A stretch of 64,000 bases of DNA from Bacteroidales bacterium. Its GTDB lineage: Bacteria; Bacteroidota; Bacteroidia; Bacteroidales; UBA10428. Where the stretch lies: the NCBI GenBank assembly GCA_016934055.1, contig JAFGTR010000028.1, positions 7,929-71,928 of the forward strand, written 5' to 3'. Positions 9,742-17,932 of this stretch are shown here, one piece after another (positions within the stretch are counted from its first letter, which is position 1; each line of letters opens with the position of its first letter). The notes under the pieces are model-generated. The model ran no database searches. It was not told where the DNA came from and was given only the letters and a program-made list of their open reading frames with translations. The position numbers and the translations under genes are program-made.

Positions 9742-9749
9742 CAAATGTA
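9742..9749 (-). promoter_or_regulatory. Candidate -7 box TACATTTG for pyrE, ending 4 nt before its ATG
   Basis: Matches TAnnTTTG on the minus strand. It overlaps the ATG (9745-9747) of the divergent NUDIX gene. Confidence 0.35.
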
Positions 9750-10365
9750 TAAAGTTTTTTTCAACGACCGGAATATAATTTTAACTGACGATTTCACCAA
9801 AACATTTCAGTTAAAATACGGCCTTTTTTACAGGTACCATAAGAAAGATGAGCTGAAGGAATTGCTGGATTTTTATCGCAATCTTAAAAAGATCGAAAAT
9901 CTCTTTATTTTTCATGATGACATTGAAGAGTTAAGGACCATTTTTCGGTCATGTTTTAAATTAATTGAAGCAGCCGGAGGAGTCATAAAAAATAGCAAAG
10001 GACAACTTCTGGTCATAAAAAGACGGGACCGCTGGGATCTGCCCAAAGGGAAACTTGATGCAGGCGAATCTTTTGAGGAAGCTGCTTTACGCGAAGTGGA
10101 AGAAGAATGCGGGATACAGGATCTCAAACTTATCTGCCGCCTGATGTCAACCTATCACTCCTACCTTATAGATGATCAACCTGTTTTGAAAAAAACCATG
10201 TGGTTTGACATCCTGTATAAAGGACATAAAAAGCCGGTTCCGGAACAAAAGGAAAACATCACAGAAATCCGATGGGTTAATCCCTCTGAAGTAAGCTCTT
10301 TTATGAAAGATACTTATGGAGCAATCCGGGATGTTTTAAAATACGCAAACCTGATCAATCTATAG
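9745..10365 (+). CDS. NUDIX hydrolase with N-terminal extension
   Basis: NUDIX box GKLDAGESFEEAALREVEEECG. Confidence 0.8.
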   Translation: MYKVFFNDRNIILTDDFTKTFQLKYGLFYRYHKKDELKELLDFYRNLKKIENLFIFHDDIEELRTIFRSCFKLIEAAGGVIKNSKGQLLVIKRRDRWDLPKGKLDAGESFEEAALREVEEECGIQDLKLICRLMSTYHSYLIDDQPVLKKTMWFDILYKGHKKPVPEQKENITEIRWVNPSEVSSFMKDTYGAIRDVLKYANLINL

Positions 10366-11769
10366 ATCGCCTCTGGCCTTCATAACTTCAAAGAGTCTGG
10401 TCTCAAAATTTTCTGACGGGGCAGGAGCTGGTGAATAAACAAGTTTACCATCGGGCCCGATGAGAAAATATGTAGGATAAGCCCGTATATCATATTCCTT
10501 TAAGACCTCAGGCTGATGACCATAATACAGAAAAATCCATTGATAATTATTGGTGCGCTTAAACTGATTAAAGGTTTCTTCATGCGGATCTGTTGAAATG
10601 GTTATGATGGTCAGTCGTTGATGATGCCTTTGATGAATATTGTTCAAAAGCTCAAATTCATTTATACAGGCATAACTGGTGCTCGTACAGAAATTGATAT
10701 AGACATATCTGCCTTTAAAATCTGTAAGCTTTACAAGATTGCTGTCAGCATCATACAGTTCAAAAAAGGGAGGATCATAACCGGGCTGTAACCGTGTAAT
10801 CTTATGTTTGATGTACAAACCAATCTCCTTATGTTTTGCGATCTTACTGCTGGCCACAAGTGAATCCAGTATGCTGAGCAATCCGTTTCGTGAGAATTCC
10901 GTGCTATAAAACTCATCGTATATTGATTTCAGTATGACCATTTCACGCAAAGTATCGCCAAGGATATTGCTATCGGCAGACAAAGTCTGAAGCAGAGATG
11001 AATAACACTTCCGATGGTTTATATCGTCGTACATTTTTCCCCCGGTTTCAGTCCGTGCAAAAAAGGTAAAATACTTTTCATACACCTGATCAAATAAGTC
11101 CATATATGCCGGATGAGAATACAAAACAGGTTTTCCGGTGAAATATTCCTGTGAAAGGCTTTTCACTTTTTGACTGTATGCCAGCAATTTCAGCTGCCCG
11201 TATGAATATTGACGGTAAGCCTCAAAAAAAGGATTTGAATACTTACCGAAAATTTTTTCAATTTGTTCAATGTCGTCATCTATTCTGCCAGGCTGTGACT
11301 TTAAATAGATATCATTAACATGCTTGTTATAATAAGGATTGTAAGCATCGTTAAACATCATGATAAGCACATTCAATTCATCTTCCCTGAAATTTTCCAA
11401 TCCGAGATGAATTTCCAAAGGCTCAAAAAAAGGATTTAACAATTCCTGCGTTGTTTTTTCCTCCTTTTCAGGGAGCACTACACGGTATTCCTGATGCGGT
11501 TCAATCCATAATATGGCTTTGTATATACCCAGGTTAGCATACACCTGCATGGTTTCAACGGCTTGTATCTCCAAGTGAAAATCTCCGGAAGAATCAATCT
11601 TACAACGTTTCAATTCCTTTTCGGTTTGCGAGATATGATCAGCAAGGGTATAAAAAACCAATTCCTCTCCGGCATAGGAAGGAGCATTCCCGCAAATAAT
11701 TACAGGCTGGGCCTGCAAAAGGTCAGCTGACAGGATGAGAAATGTAATATAAATAAAATATCGTACCAT
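10360..11769 (-). CDS. Secreted thioredoxin-fold (TlpA/redoxin-like) protein with a large N-terminal domain
   Basis: Signal peptide MVRYFIYITFLILSADLLQAQ (start moved to ATG 11769). The C-terminal about 130 aa have a redoxin layout (FKGRYVYINF...TIITISTD...YPTYFLIGPDGKLV). The active-site position reads C-TSTSYA-C rather than CxxC. Confidence 0.6.
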   Translation of the reverse strand: MVRYFIYITFLILSADLLQAQPVIICGNAPSYAGEELVFYTLADHISQTEKELKRCKIDSSGDFHLEIQAVETMQVYANLGIYKAILWIEPHQEYRVVLPEKEEKTTQELLNPFFEPLEIHLGLENFREDELNVLIMMFNDAYNPYYNKHVNDIYLKSQPGRIDDDIEQIEKIFGKYSNPFFEAYRQYSYGQLKLLAYSQKVKSLSQEYFTGKPVLYSHPAYMDLFDQVYEKYFTFFARTETGGKMYDDINHRKCYSSLLQTLSADSNILGDTLREMVILKSIYDEFYSTEFSRNGLLSILDSLVASSKIAKHKEIGLYIKHKITRLQPGYDPPFFELYDADSNLVKLTDFKGRYVYINFCTSTSYACINEFELLNNIHQRHHQRLTIITISTDPHEETFNQFKRTNNYQWIFLYYGHQPEVLKEYDIRAYPTYFLIGPDGKLVYSPAPAPSENFETRLFEVMKARGDL

Positions 11770-11881
11770 TTTAAAATCAGAGATTGATAATATATAACGT
11801 CGTTTTATAAAATATATCAGCGAAAGAGAATAGACCCTCACCTGTACTTCCAACCTGCTTTCCGGTATACAGGCCATTAAT

Positions 11882-11936
11882 CCCTCAAATCTTCAAATCT
11901 TCAAACCTGCCTGACGGCAGGCAGGCCCTCAAACCT
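11882..11936. repeat. REP-like element: three 8-nt units (nTCAAAnC), an 8-bp GC hairpin CCTGCCTG-acgg-CAGGCAGG, then CCCTCAAAC
   Basis: Read directly. A near-identical copy lies at 45455-45499. It sits just downstream of the coaD stop. Confidence 0.7.
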
Positions 11937-11942
11937 TAAAAA

Positions 11943-12419
11943 TCATTCCCTGATATTATAATTTGATGGCAAAAACTGACTGGCATCCCCGCCCTGTTTA
12001 ATGATTTCACGGATAATGGTTGAATTTATTGGCGTATGCTGAGGTAATGTCAGAAAAAATACCGTTTCTATATCCGGGAACATGGCCTTGTTGACCTGTG
12101 CGATGGCGCGTTCATATTCAAAATCCGCCGCAGTCCTTAATCCTCTTAAAATATAGCCGGCCCCGACAGACTTGCAATAGTCAACCGTAAGCCCCTTAAA
12201 GCTGTGTACCTCAACCCTGTCGGTGTCAGCAAAAACTTTTTTAATCCATTCAATGCGTTTTTCGAGCGGGAAATATGCTGTTTTTGTCGTATTGAACCCA
12301 ATGGCAATGATAATTTTATCGAACATTTTCAATGCTCTTCTCACAACCGATTCATGTCCGACGGTAAAAGGATCAAATGAACCGGGGAAAATAGCAACTT
12401 TCGTTGTTTGGTGTGTCAT
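11943..12419 (-). CDS. coaD: Phosphopantetheine adenylyltransferase
   Basis: AIFPGSFDPFTVGHESVV (the T/HxGH nucleotidyltransferase motif). About 158 aa from ATG 12419; the listed 12446 start is also possible. Confidence 0.9.
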   Translation of the reverse strand: MTHQTTKVAIFPGSFDPFTVGHESVVRRALKMFDKIIIAIGFNTTKTAYFPLEKRIEWIKKVFADTDRVEVHSFKGLTVDYCKSVGAGYILRGLRTAADFEYERAIAQVNKAMFPDIETVFFLTLPQHTPINSTIIREIIKQGGDASQFLPSNYNIRE

Positions 12420-12447
12420 TATATGCTTCTTTGTTTTGAGGTACAAA

Positions 12448-13095
12448 TTACGAATTAGTGATCATATTGAAAAGTGCTGAAAGGTTTTTTTCAACACGGA
12501 CGCCTGTGGTCAGGAGTTTTTCATAAGGCTGGTGCCCTCCGGAAACTAAAATACAACGACATCCCAGTGTCAGGGCCACTTCATAATCATGCGTGGTATC
12601 GCCCAGCAAGGTGATATTCCGGGCCGGCAGGGACGATTTTTCAATAAACTGCCTGGCTGTTTCAAGCTTACCATGGCCAAAGAAATTGCTGACGCCGACA
12701 ATATCCCTGAAATAATGAAGGATTTTGTGTTTTTTGATGGCTGTTGTCAGCGTATCTTGCTCCATAGCTGACAGCACAACCTGTTGTACACGGTTGAAGG
12801 AAAAATGTTTTAAAAGATTCAAAGCTCCCTTATGCAATGATGAACGCGATTCAAACCTGTTGTAATAAAAAATATATTCATCAGAAAGCGCATTAAAATC
12901 TTCTTTTTCAAAATTAAAACCCAGGTCTTTGTAAAAGTCAATTACCGGAAACCTGAACAACTCAAGATAAATATCTTTTGTGATCTTTTTTTTCCCCCTT
13001 TTTAACAGGATCTGGTTGATTGATTCAATGCATATATCGATATCGTTCAATAATGTTCCATTCCAGTCCCATATGATCATATCACAATCATTCAT
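12448..13095 (-). CDS. HAD-superfamily hydrolase (phosphoglycolate-phosphatase-like subfamily IA)
   Basis: Motif I is IIWDWNGTLLND, motif II VLSA, and the C-terminal motif LLGDTTHD. Confidence 0.7.
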   Translation of the reverse strand: MNDCDMIIWDWNGTLLNDIDICIESINQILLKRGKKKITKDIYLELFRFPVIDFYKDLGFNFEKEDFNALSDEYIFYYNRFESRSSLHKGALNLLKHFSFNRVQQVVLSAMEQDTLTTAIKKHKILHYFRDIVGVSNFFGHGKLETARQFIEKSSLPARNITLLGDTTHDYEVALTLGCRCILVSGGHQPYEKLLTTGVRVEKNLSALFNMITNS

Positions 13096-13124
13096 TATCT
13101 CTGCATCAGGATCAATTCGTACTG

Positions 13125-13658
13125 TTATTTACTGATAACTTCCAGACCTCCAAAAACCACATCTGATTCAATATAGAAGTGAGGGGCATCTCTTTTAAAA
13201 GAGTCAGTGTTGTATATTATACTGCCGAAGGCAACCGTATTTCCATCGGGCATTCGTGAACCCCCAAAAACCGCTTCTGATTTTACCTTAACGGGCATAT
13301 CAGGATTAATTCTGATAATGGCGGCGCCAAACACAACATCAATTTTTATTCTCACTGTTTCCATTAATTGTTCTTCCATCCCGGTAAAATCATATACCGA
13401 TTTGCCGAATATAACATTGTATTGCGTTCTGTCAGCAGGCGTCTCCCTGTAAGTGCGTTCAGAAAAAAAAGTATCCCTGTCTTTTTTGGATCTTTCAGGT
13501 ATCCAGCTTTTTCCCAACAGAATTCTTACACCAATAAGAATAATGACGACCGCAATGACAATACGAAAAAGATTAACATCAAAAACAATCCGGAAAATAA
13601 TTGCCAGACCAATAAATATCAGAATCAATCCCCAGAAAAATCCAGGCGCCATTTTCAT
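13125..13658 (-). CDS. Membrane protein, LiaF-C/DUF2154-like
   Basis: Two N-terminal TM helices, then a repeated beta-rich xVVFGG/VFGxx pattern (VVFGAAII, AVFGGSRM, VVFGGLEV). Confidence 0.45.
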   Translation of the reverse strand: MKMAPGFFWGLILIFIGLAIIFRIVFDVNLFRIVIAVVIILIGVRILLGKSWIPERSKKDRDTFFSERTYRETPADRTQYNVIFGKSVYDFTGMEEQLMETVRIKIDVVFGAAIIRINPDMPVKVKSEAVFGGSRMPDGNTVAFGSIIYNTDSFKRDAPHFYIESDVVFGGLEVISK

Positions 13659-13733
13659 ATATATTAAGGTTTATTTCAAAGACATTATCAGGATTGAAAA
13701 TTACGATTTTGTTTTAAATATATGCCGTTTTAT

Positions 13734-16190
13734 TTATTCAAAAATGAGAGGTTTATCAACTTTTTCCTGCAGCAATGTCAAATCAAGTACCTGCATGACA
13801 TTATCAACATAGTGAAATGTAAGTCCGTTTAAGTATATCTCCTTTATCTCACTGATATCCTTGCGGTTTTCTTCAGACATAATAATCTCTTTAATATCAG
13901 CACGTTTAGCGGCAAGAATTTTTTCTTTGATCCCTCCCACCGGCAACACTTTACCTCTGAGTGTAATTTCGCCTGTCATGGCAATACTTTTTTTCACTTT
14001 ACGCTGTGTAATGGCAGAAGCTATTGATGTAACCATTGTAATACCGGCAGAAGGCCCATCTTTAGGGATAGCTCCTTCAGGCACATGCAAATGTACATTC
14101 CAGTTTTCAAAAAGGCCGGGCTTAATATCAAGCTTTTCGCTGTGTGATTTTATATATTCAAGGGCAATGACAGCCGACTCTTTCATAACATCCCCAAGGT
14201 TACCGGTGATGGTCAGAACACCTTTACCCCTGCTGAGACTTGTTTCAACAAACAATATTTCACCTCCCGAGGCTGTCCATGCAAGACCTGTAACAACACC
14301 GGCAAACTCATTTCCCTGATATTTATCCTTAAGGTATTTTGGCGGACCCAGGATAATCTCTATATCCTTTATGGCTAATTTAACATTATAGCTTTCATTA
14401 AGGGCCACTTTCATGGCTGTAATCCTGCAGATTTTGGCAAGCTGCTTATCAAGTTCACGCACCCCTGATTCACGCGTGTAATTATCAATGATATATTCAA
14501 TAACCTGAGATGTGAATTTCAGGTGTTTTTTCATAAGACCATGATTCTTCAGTTCCTTTGGAATAAGATGTCGTTTGGCTATTTCTACCTTTTCCTCCAG
14601 AATGTATCCTGGAATGTTGATCAATTCCATCCGGTCAATGAGTGCAGGATTGATGGTGCTTGTAGTGTTTGCCGTGGCAATAAACAACACTTTTGAAACG
14701 TCATATTCCAGTTCAAGAAAATTGTCATAGAAAGTGCTGTTTTGCTCGGGATCAAGCACTTCCAGCAAGGCAGACGCAGGATCTCCGTGAAAGTCCCTGC
14801 CAACTTTGTCAATTTCATCGAGTACAAAAACCGGATTTGATGTTTTTGTTTTTTTCAGACTCTGGACTATCCGGCCTGGCATTGCCCCAATGTATGTTTT
14901 GCGGTGTCCACGGATTTCGGCTTCATCATGAAGTCCGCCCAGCGACATCCGTATATATTTCCGGTTAAGGGCTTTGGCAATGGATTTTCCCAGGGATGTT
15001 TTTCCGACACCCGGAGGACCATAAAGACAGATAATAGGAGATTTCAGATCACCCTTCAACTTCAAAACAGCCAGGTGCTCCACAATTCTTTCTTTCACCT
15101 TTTCAAGGCCGAAATGATCCTTATCGAGGATGGCCCTTGCCCTGTGAAGGTCAAAATTATCTTTTGTATACTCGTTCCAGGGGAGTTCCAATAATGTCTG
15201 AAGGTAATTGATCTGAACCGAATATTCGCCTGTAGCAGGATTCAGACGGTTAAGTTTTTCCACTTCTTTCAGAAAAACTGCTGAGACATCTTTACTCCAT
15301 TTTTTCTTCCTGCCCCTGGCTTTCAGCTCTTCTATCTCCTGTTCCAGGGGATTGCCTCCCAGTTCATCCTGGATTGTCTTCATCTGCTGGTGGAGAAAAT
15401 ATTCGCGCTGTTGCTGGTCAATGTCGAGTCTGACTTTATTCTGAATATCATTTTTCAATTCAAGCAATTGTACCTCTCTTGAAAGATATTGAAGCAACAG
15501 TGTTGCCCTTTTTTTCAGGTTATTGGTCTCCAGGAGCTGCTGTTTCTCTGTAATTTTAATATCACTGTTTGAACTGATAAAATTGATCAGGAAGGAAGAA
15601 CTTTCAATATTGCGCACCGCAAATGAAGTTTCCTGCGGTATGTTGCTGGATAATTTTATGATTTTTAGTGAAAGGTCTTTCAATGAGCCAATAATGGCTT
15701 CAAATTCCGGATCTTTTTTCCGGGGTTTGGAATCATCCATAGGACTTACCTTACCTATCAGATATGGCTCTTTGGAAAGAACACCTTCAAACTGAAAACG
15801 CTTTTTGCCCTGGATAATGACAGAGGTTGATCCATCAGGCATCTCCAGTATTCTTAAAATATGCGCTATGGTCCCTATCTTATATAATTCATCAGGAGCA
15901 GGATCTTCGTTATTAGGATCCTTTTGTGCCAGTGTACCGATTATTTTTGTTTTCTGATAAGAATCGCGTACCAGTTTCATCGATCTGTTCCTTCCCACCG
16001 TTATGGGAATGATGACCCCCGGAAACAATACCGTGTTGCGCAAAGGCAACACAGGCAAACTATCGGGTATTTGAGTCATGTTAAGACTATCTTCATCCTC
16101 TTCCGATATAAGGGGTATGAAATCACTGTCATCATTAATGGGTGAAGCAATAAACAAGTTGTTGTGTTTTTTATCCTGTGATATACTCAT
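13734..16190 (-). CDS. lon: ATP-dependent Lon protease (LonA)
   Basis: 818 aa with a LON N-domain. Walker [10 protein letters not shown], Walker [10 protein letters not shown], and the catalytic Ser context [11 protein letters not shown]. Confidence 0.96.
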   Translation of the reverse strand: MSISQDKKHNNLFIASPINDDSDFIPLISEEDEDSLNMTQIPDSLPVLPLRNTVLFPGVIIPITVGRNRSMKLVRDSYQKTKIIGTLAQKDPNNEDPAPDELYKIGTIAHILRILEMPDGSTSVIIQGKKRFQFEGVLSKEPYLIGKVSPMDDSKPRKKDPEFEAIIGSLKDLSLKIIKLSSNIPQETSFAVRNIESSSFLINFISSNSDIKITEKQQLLETNNLKKRATLLLQYLSREVQLLELKNDIQNKVRLDIDQQQREYFLHQQMKTIQDELGGNPLEQEIEELKARGRKKKWSKDVSAVFLKEVEKLNRLNPATGEYSVQINYLQTLLELPWNEYTKDNFDLHRARAILDKDHFGLEKVKERIVEHLAVLKLKGDLKSPIICLYGPPGVGKTSLGKSIAKALNRKYIRMSLGGLHDEAEIRGHRKTYIGAMPGRIVQSLKKTKTSNPVFVLDEIDKVGRDFHGDPASALLEVLDPEQNSTFYDNFLELEYDVSKVLFIATANTTSTINPALIDRMELINIPGYILEEKVEIAKRHLIPKELKNHGLMKKHLKFTSQVIEYIIDNYTRESGVRELDKQLAKICRITAMKVALNESYNVKLAIKDIEIILGPPKYLKDKYQGNEFAGVVTGLAWTASGGEILFVETSLSRGKGVLTITGNLGDVMKESAVIALEYIKSHSEKLDIKPGLFENWNVHLHVPEGAIPKDGPSAGITMVTSIASAITQRKVKKSIAMTGEITLRGKVLPVGGIKEKILAAKRADIKEIIMSEENRKDISEIKEIYLNGLTFHYVDNVMQVLDLTLLQEKVDKPLIFE

Positions 16191-16248
16191 AAATTATAAT
16201 TCCTGCAAATAATAACAAAATTCTGGACAAAATGTCAGTTGCCTGTGT

Positions 16249-16269
16249 TAAAATAATGGCATTATTTTA
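16249..16269. promoter_or_regulatory. 21-bp perfect palindrome TAAAATAATG-g-CATTATTTTA abutting the -12 element of the lon sigma-54 promoter
   Basis: Read directly. 10-1-10 symmetry centred on about 16259, the predicted transcription start zone. Confidence 0.45.
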
Positions 16270-16286
16270 TAGCAATCGTTGTGCCA
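16270..16286 (-). promoter_or_regulatory. Sigma-54 (RpoN) -24/-12 promoter candidate upstream of lon
   Basis: The minus strand reads TGGCAC-AACGA-TTGC-TA, a perfect fit to TGGCAC-N5-TTGCw. It is intergenic, 80 nt upstream of the lon ATG. Confidence 0.6.
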
Positions 16287-16329
16287 ATCATAATAATCCA
16301 ACGATATAAACGCAGACAATCTCATCAGT

Positions 16330-16372
16330 AAATTTAAACAAAAAGCTCCGTCTTCAGGAAGAGAACGGAGCT
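16330..16372 (-). terminator. Rho-independent terminator after rpmE
   Basis: Stem GCTCCGT/ACGGAGC (16345-16351 / 16365-16371), followed on the minus strand by TTTTTGTTT. Confidence 0.7.
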
Positions 16373-16390
16373 CAATCGCAAAAAAAAAAA

Positions 16391-16660
16391 TTATTTACTC
16401 TTCTTCTTATCGAAATGGTCCTTGTATCGGTTCATAAATTTGTCGACGCGTCCTGCTGTATCAACAAGTTTCATCTTACCTGTGTAGAACGGATGTGATG
16501 TGTTTGAAATCTCAATCTTCACCAGCGGATATTCATTTCCGTCTTCAAGCTTAACGGTTTCCTTTGTATTGACTGTTGACCGGGTAACAAAAGTATGACC
16601 ATTGGACATATCTCTGAATGCAATTAACCGATAGTTGTCCGGATGTATTCCCTTTTTCAT
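16391..16660 (-). CDS. rpmE: 50S ribosomal protein L31, type B
   Basis: [10 protein letters not shown]...HPFYTG. No CxxC zinc ribbon. Start moved to ATG 16660 (89 aa). Confidence 0.9.
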   Translation of the reverse strand: MKKGIHPDNYRLIAFRDMSNGHTFVTRSTVNTKETVKLEDGNEYPLVKIEISNTSHPFYTGKMKLVDTAGRVDKFMNRYKDHFDKKKSK

Positions 16661-16692
16661 TTGTTTATAATTTCCTTTTTTAAAATGGCTTG

Positions 16693-16700
16693 CAAAGATA
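16693..16700 (-). promoter_or_regulatory. Candidate -7 box TATCTTTG for rpmE
   Basis: Matches TAnnTTTG 33 nt upstream of the rpmE ATG. Confidence 0.45.
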
Positions 16701-16731
16701 TGCATTCATTTTTAAAACACCAAGAGAAACT

Positions 16732-17922
16732 CTATTCATTTTTATTGTTTTTGCTAAACTTCCGGCTTTGATTCGTGAATCTCACGAACTCAGCATTTCT
16801 GTCAAAAAGGTATCTGTATGTTACGTGTGTTTTCTCTTTTGTTGCTCCAAACTGACTGTACATACGGTTTACCGTCAGATTATAATCACCAACCCATGAT
16901 AATTCGAGTTCAGACATTCCCAGGCTCCTCATCGCACCGGTTAATTTCAGATAGAGTGCCCCAACTACGCCTGTACGCTGAAACTCGGGGATAACCCCTG
17001 ATAACAGTAGCCTGGCACGGGTTACAGCGCGTCTGCGATAATATATCAGTTTTAAACTGTTTAACAGGTTCAGTTTGCCATTTTTCAATTTTCTGAATAC
17101 CTGGTTAATATCCGGAAAGGCTATAAGAAATCCGATGGGCATATCGTTGTGATAAGCAAACCAAATGGTTTTTTCATTGAGTAATGCCTTAGCATCCGTA
17201 AAAATGCCATAGAAATCTTCGTATTTCAACGGTGTGTAATTTTCAAGAAAGTCAGCCCATACCTTGTTGTACATTTCAACCAGTTGTTTCAGGAAAACTT
17301 CAGCTTTATCCATTTCAAGATGACGGAAAGAATACTCGGGCTTTTCAAAAAAATGCTCGGCAAATTTTTTCATCCTTTCAGGATACGGATTGCTGAAAAC
17401 ATCATGAAAGCTATACTGTTCAAAATAATTCCGGAAACCGTAACCTTCAAAAAGTTCCTTATAATAAGGAAAATTATAGGGCATGCCATAGCCCTGGCGG
17501 GTAAATCCCTCAACAAGCAAGCCCCAGTACACAAAATTTTCGCCGAAATTTATCGGACCGTCCATAGCTTTCATTCCATTGGCTTCAAGCCATTCACGGG
17601 CTGTCTGGAAAAGAAGATTGGCTGCCTGTTGATCATCGATACACTCAAAAAAACCAATACCGCCGGCAGGTTGTGGATTACTGAAAGCCTTGTTCTTATC
17701 ATAAAAAGCTGCAATACGTCCGATGAGCTTACCCATATCATCTTTTAATATCCAGCGAATGGCATCTCCATGGCTAAAACAATTATTTTTTGCCGGATTG
17801 AAAATACTCTCAATTTCTATATCCAGGGGGCAGGTCCAGTTTTCATCATCTTTATAAAGGATCTTGGGAACCTGGTGAAATTCATTACGGGATTTTTTAT
17901 CTTTTACTTCAATACAATTCAT
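16732..17922 (-). CDS. GNAT-family N-acetyltransferase-like protein (about 396 aa, function unknown)
   Basis: C-terminal acetyl-CoA motif-A-like VIPEFQRTGVVGALY. The long N-terminal region is uncharacterised. Start moved to MNCIEV so it does not overlap the upstream stop. Confidence 0.5.
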   Translation of the reverse strand: MNCIEVKDKKSRNEFHQVPKILYKDDENWTCPLDIEIESIFNPAKNNCFSHGDAIRWILKDDMGKLIGRIAAFYDKNKAFSNPQPAGGIGFFECIDDQQAANLLFQTAREWLEANGMKAMDGPINFGENFVYWGLLVEGFTRQGYGMPYNFPYYKELFEGYGFRNYFEQYSFHDVFSNPYPERMKKFAEHFFEKPEYSFRHLEMDKAEVFLKQLVEMYNKVWADFLENYTPLKYEDFYGIFTDAKALLNEKTIWFAYHNDMPIGFLIAFPDINQVFRKLKNGKLNLLNSLKLIYYRRRAVTRARLLLSGVIPEFQRTGVVGALYLKLTGAMRSLGMSELELSWVGDYNLTVNRMYSQFGATKEKTHVTYRYLFDRNAEFVRFTNQSRKFSKNNKNE

Positions 17923-17932
17923 ATGGACGGTG

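Noticed and set aside
11770-11877. N-terminal extensions in the ORF track: the TlpA-like gene to 11877, pyrE to 9800, the class-V PLP enzyme to 19513, thyA from 42727, the PKD protein to 41637, and kdsB to 49404.
   Set aside because: The extensions run through intergenic or repeat sequence or through the neighbouring gene. They lack similarity to the family N-termini, and an internal ATG is followed by the expected N-terminus or signal peptide. The shorter starts were used.
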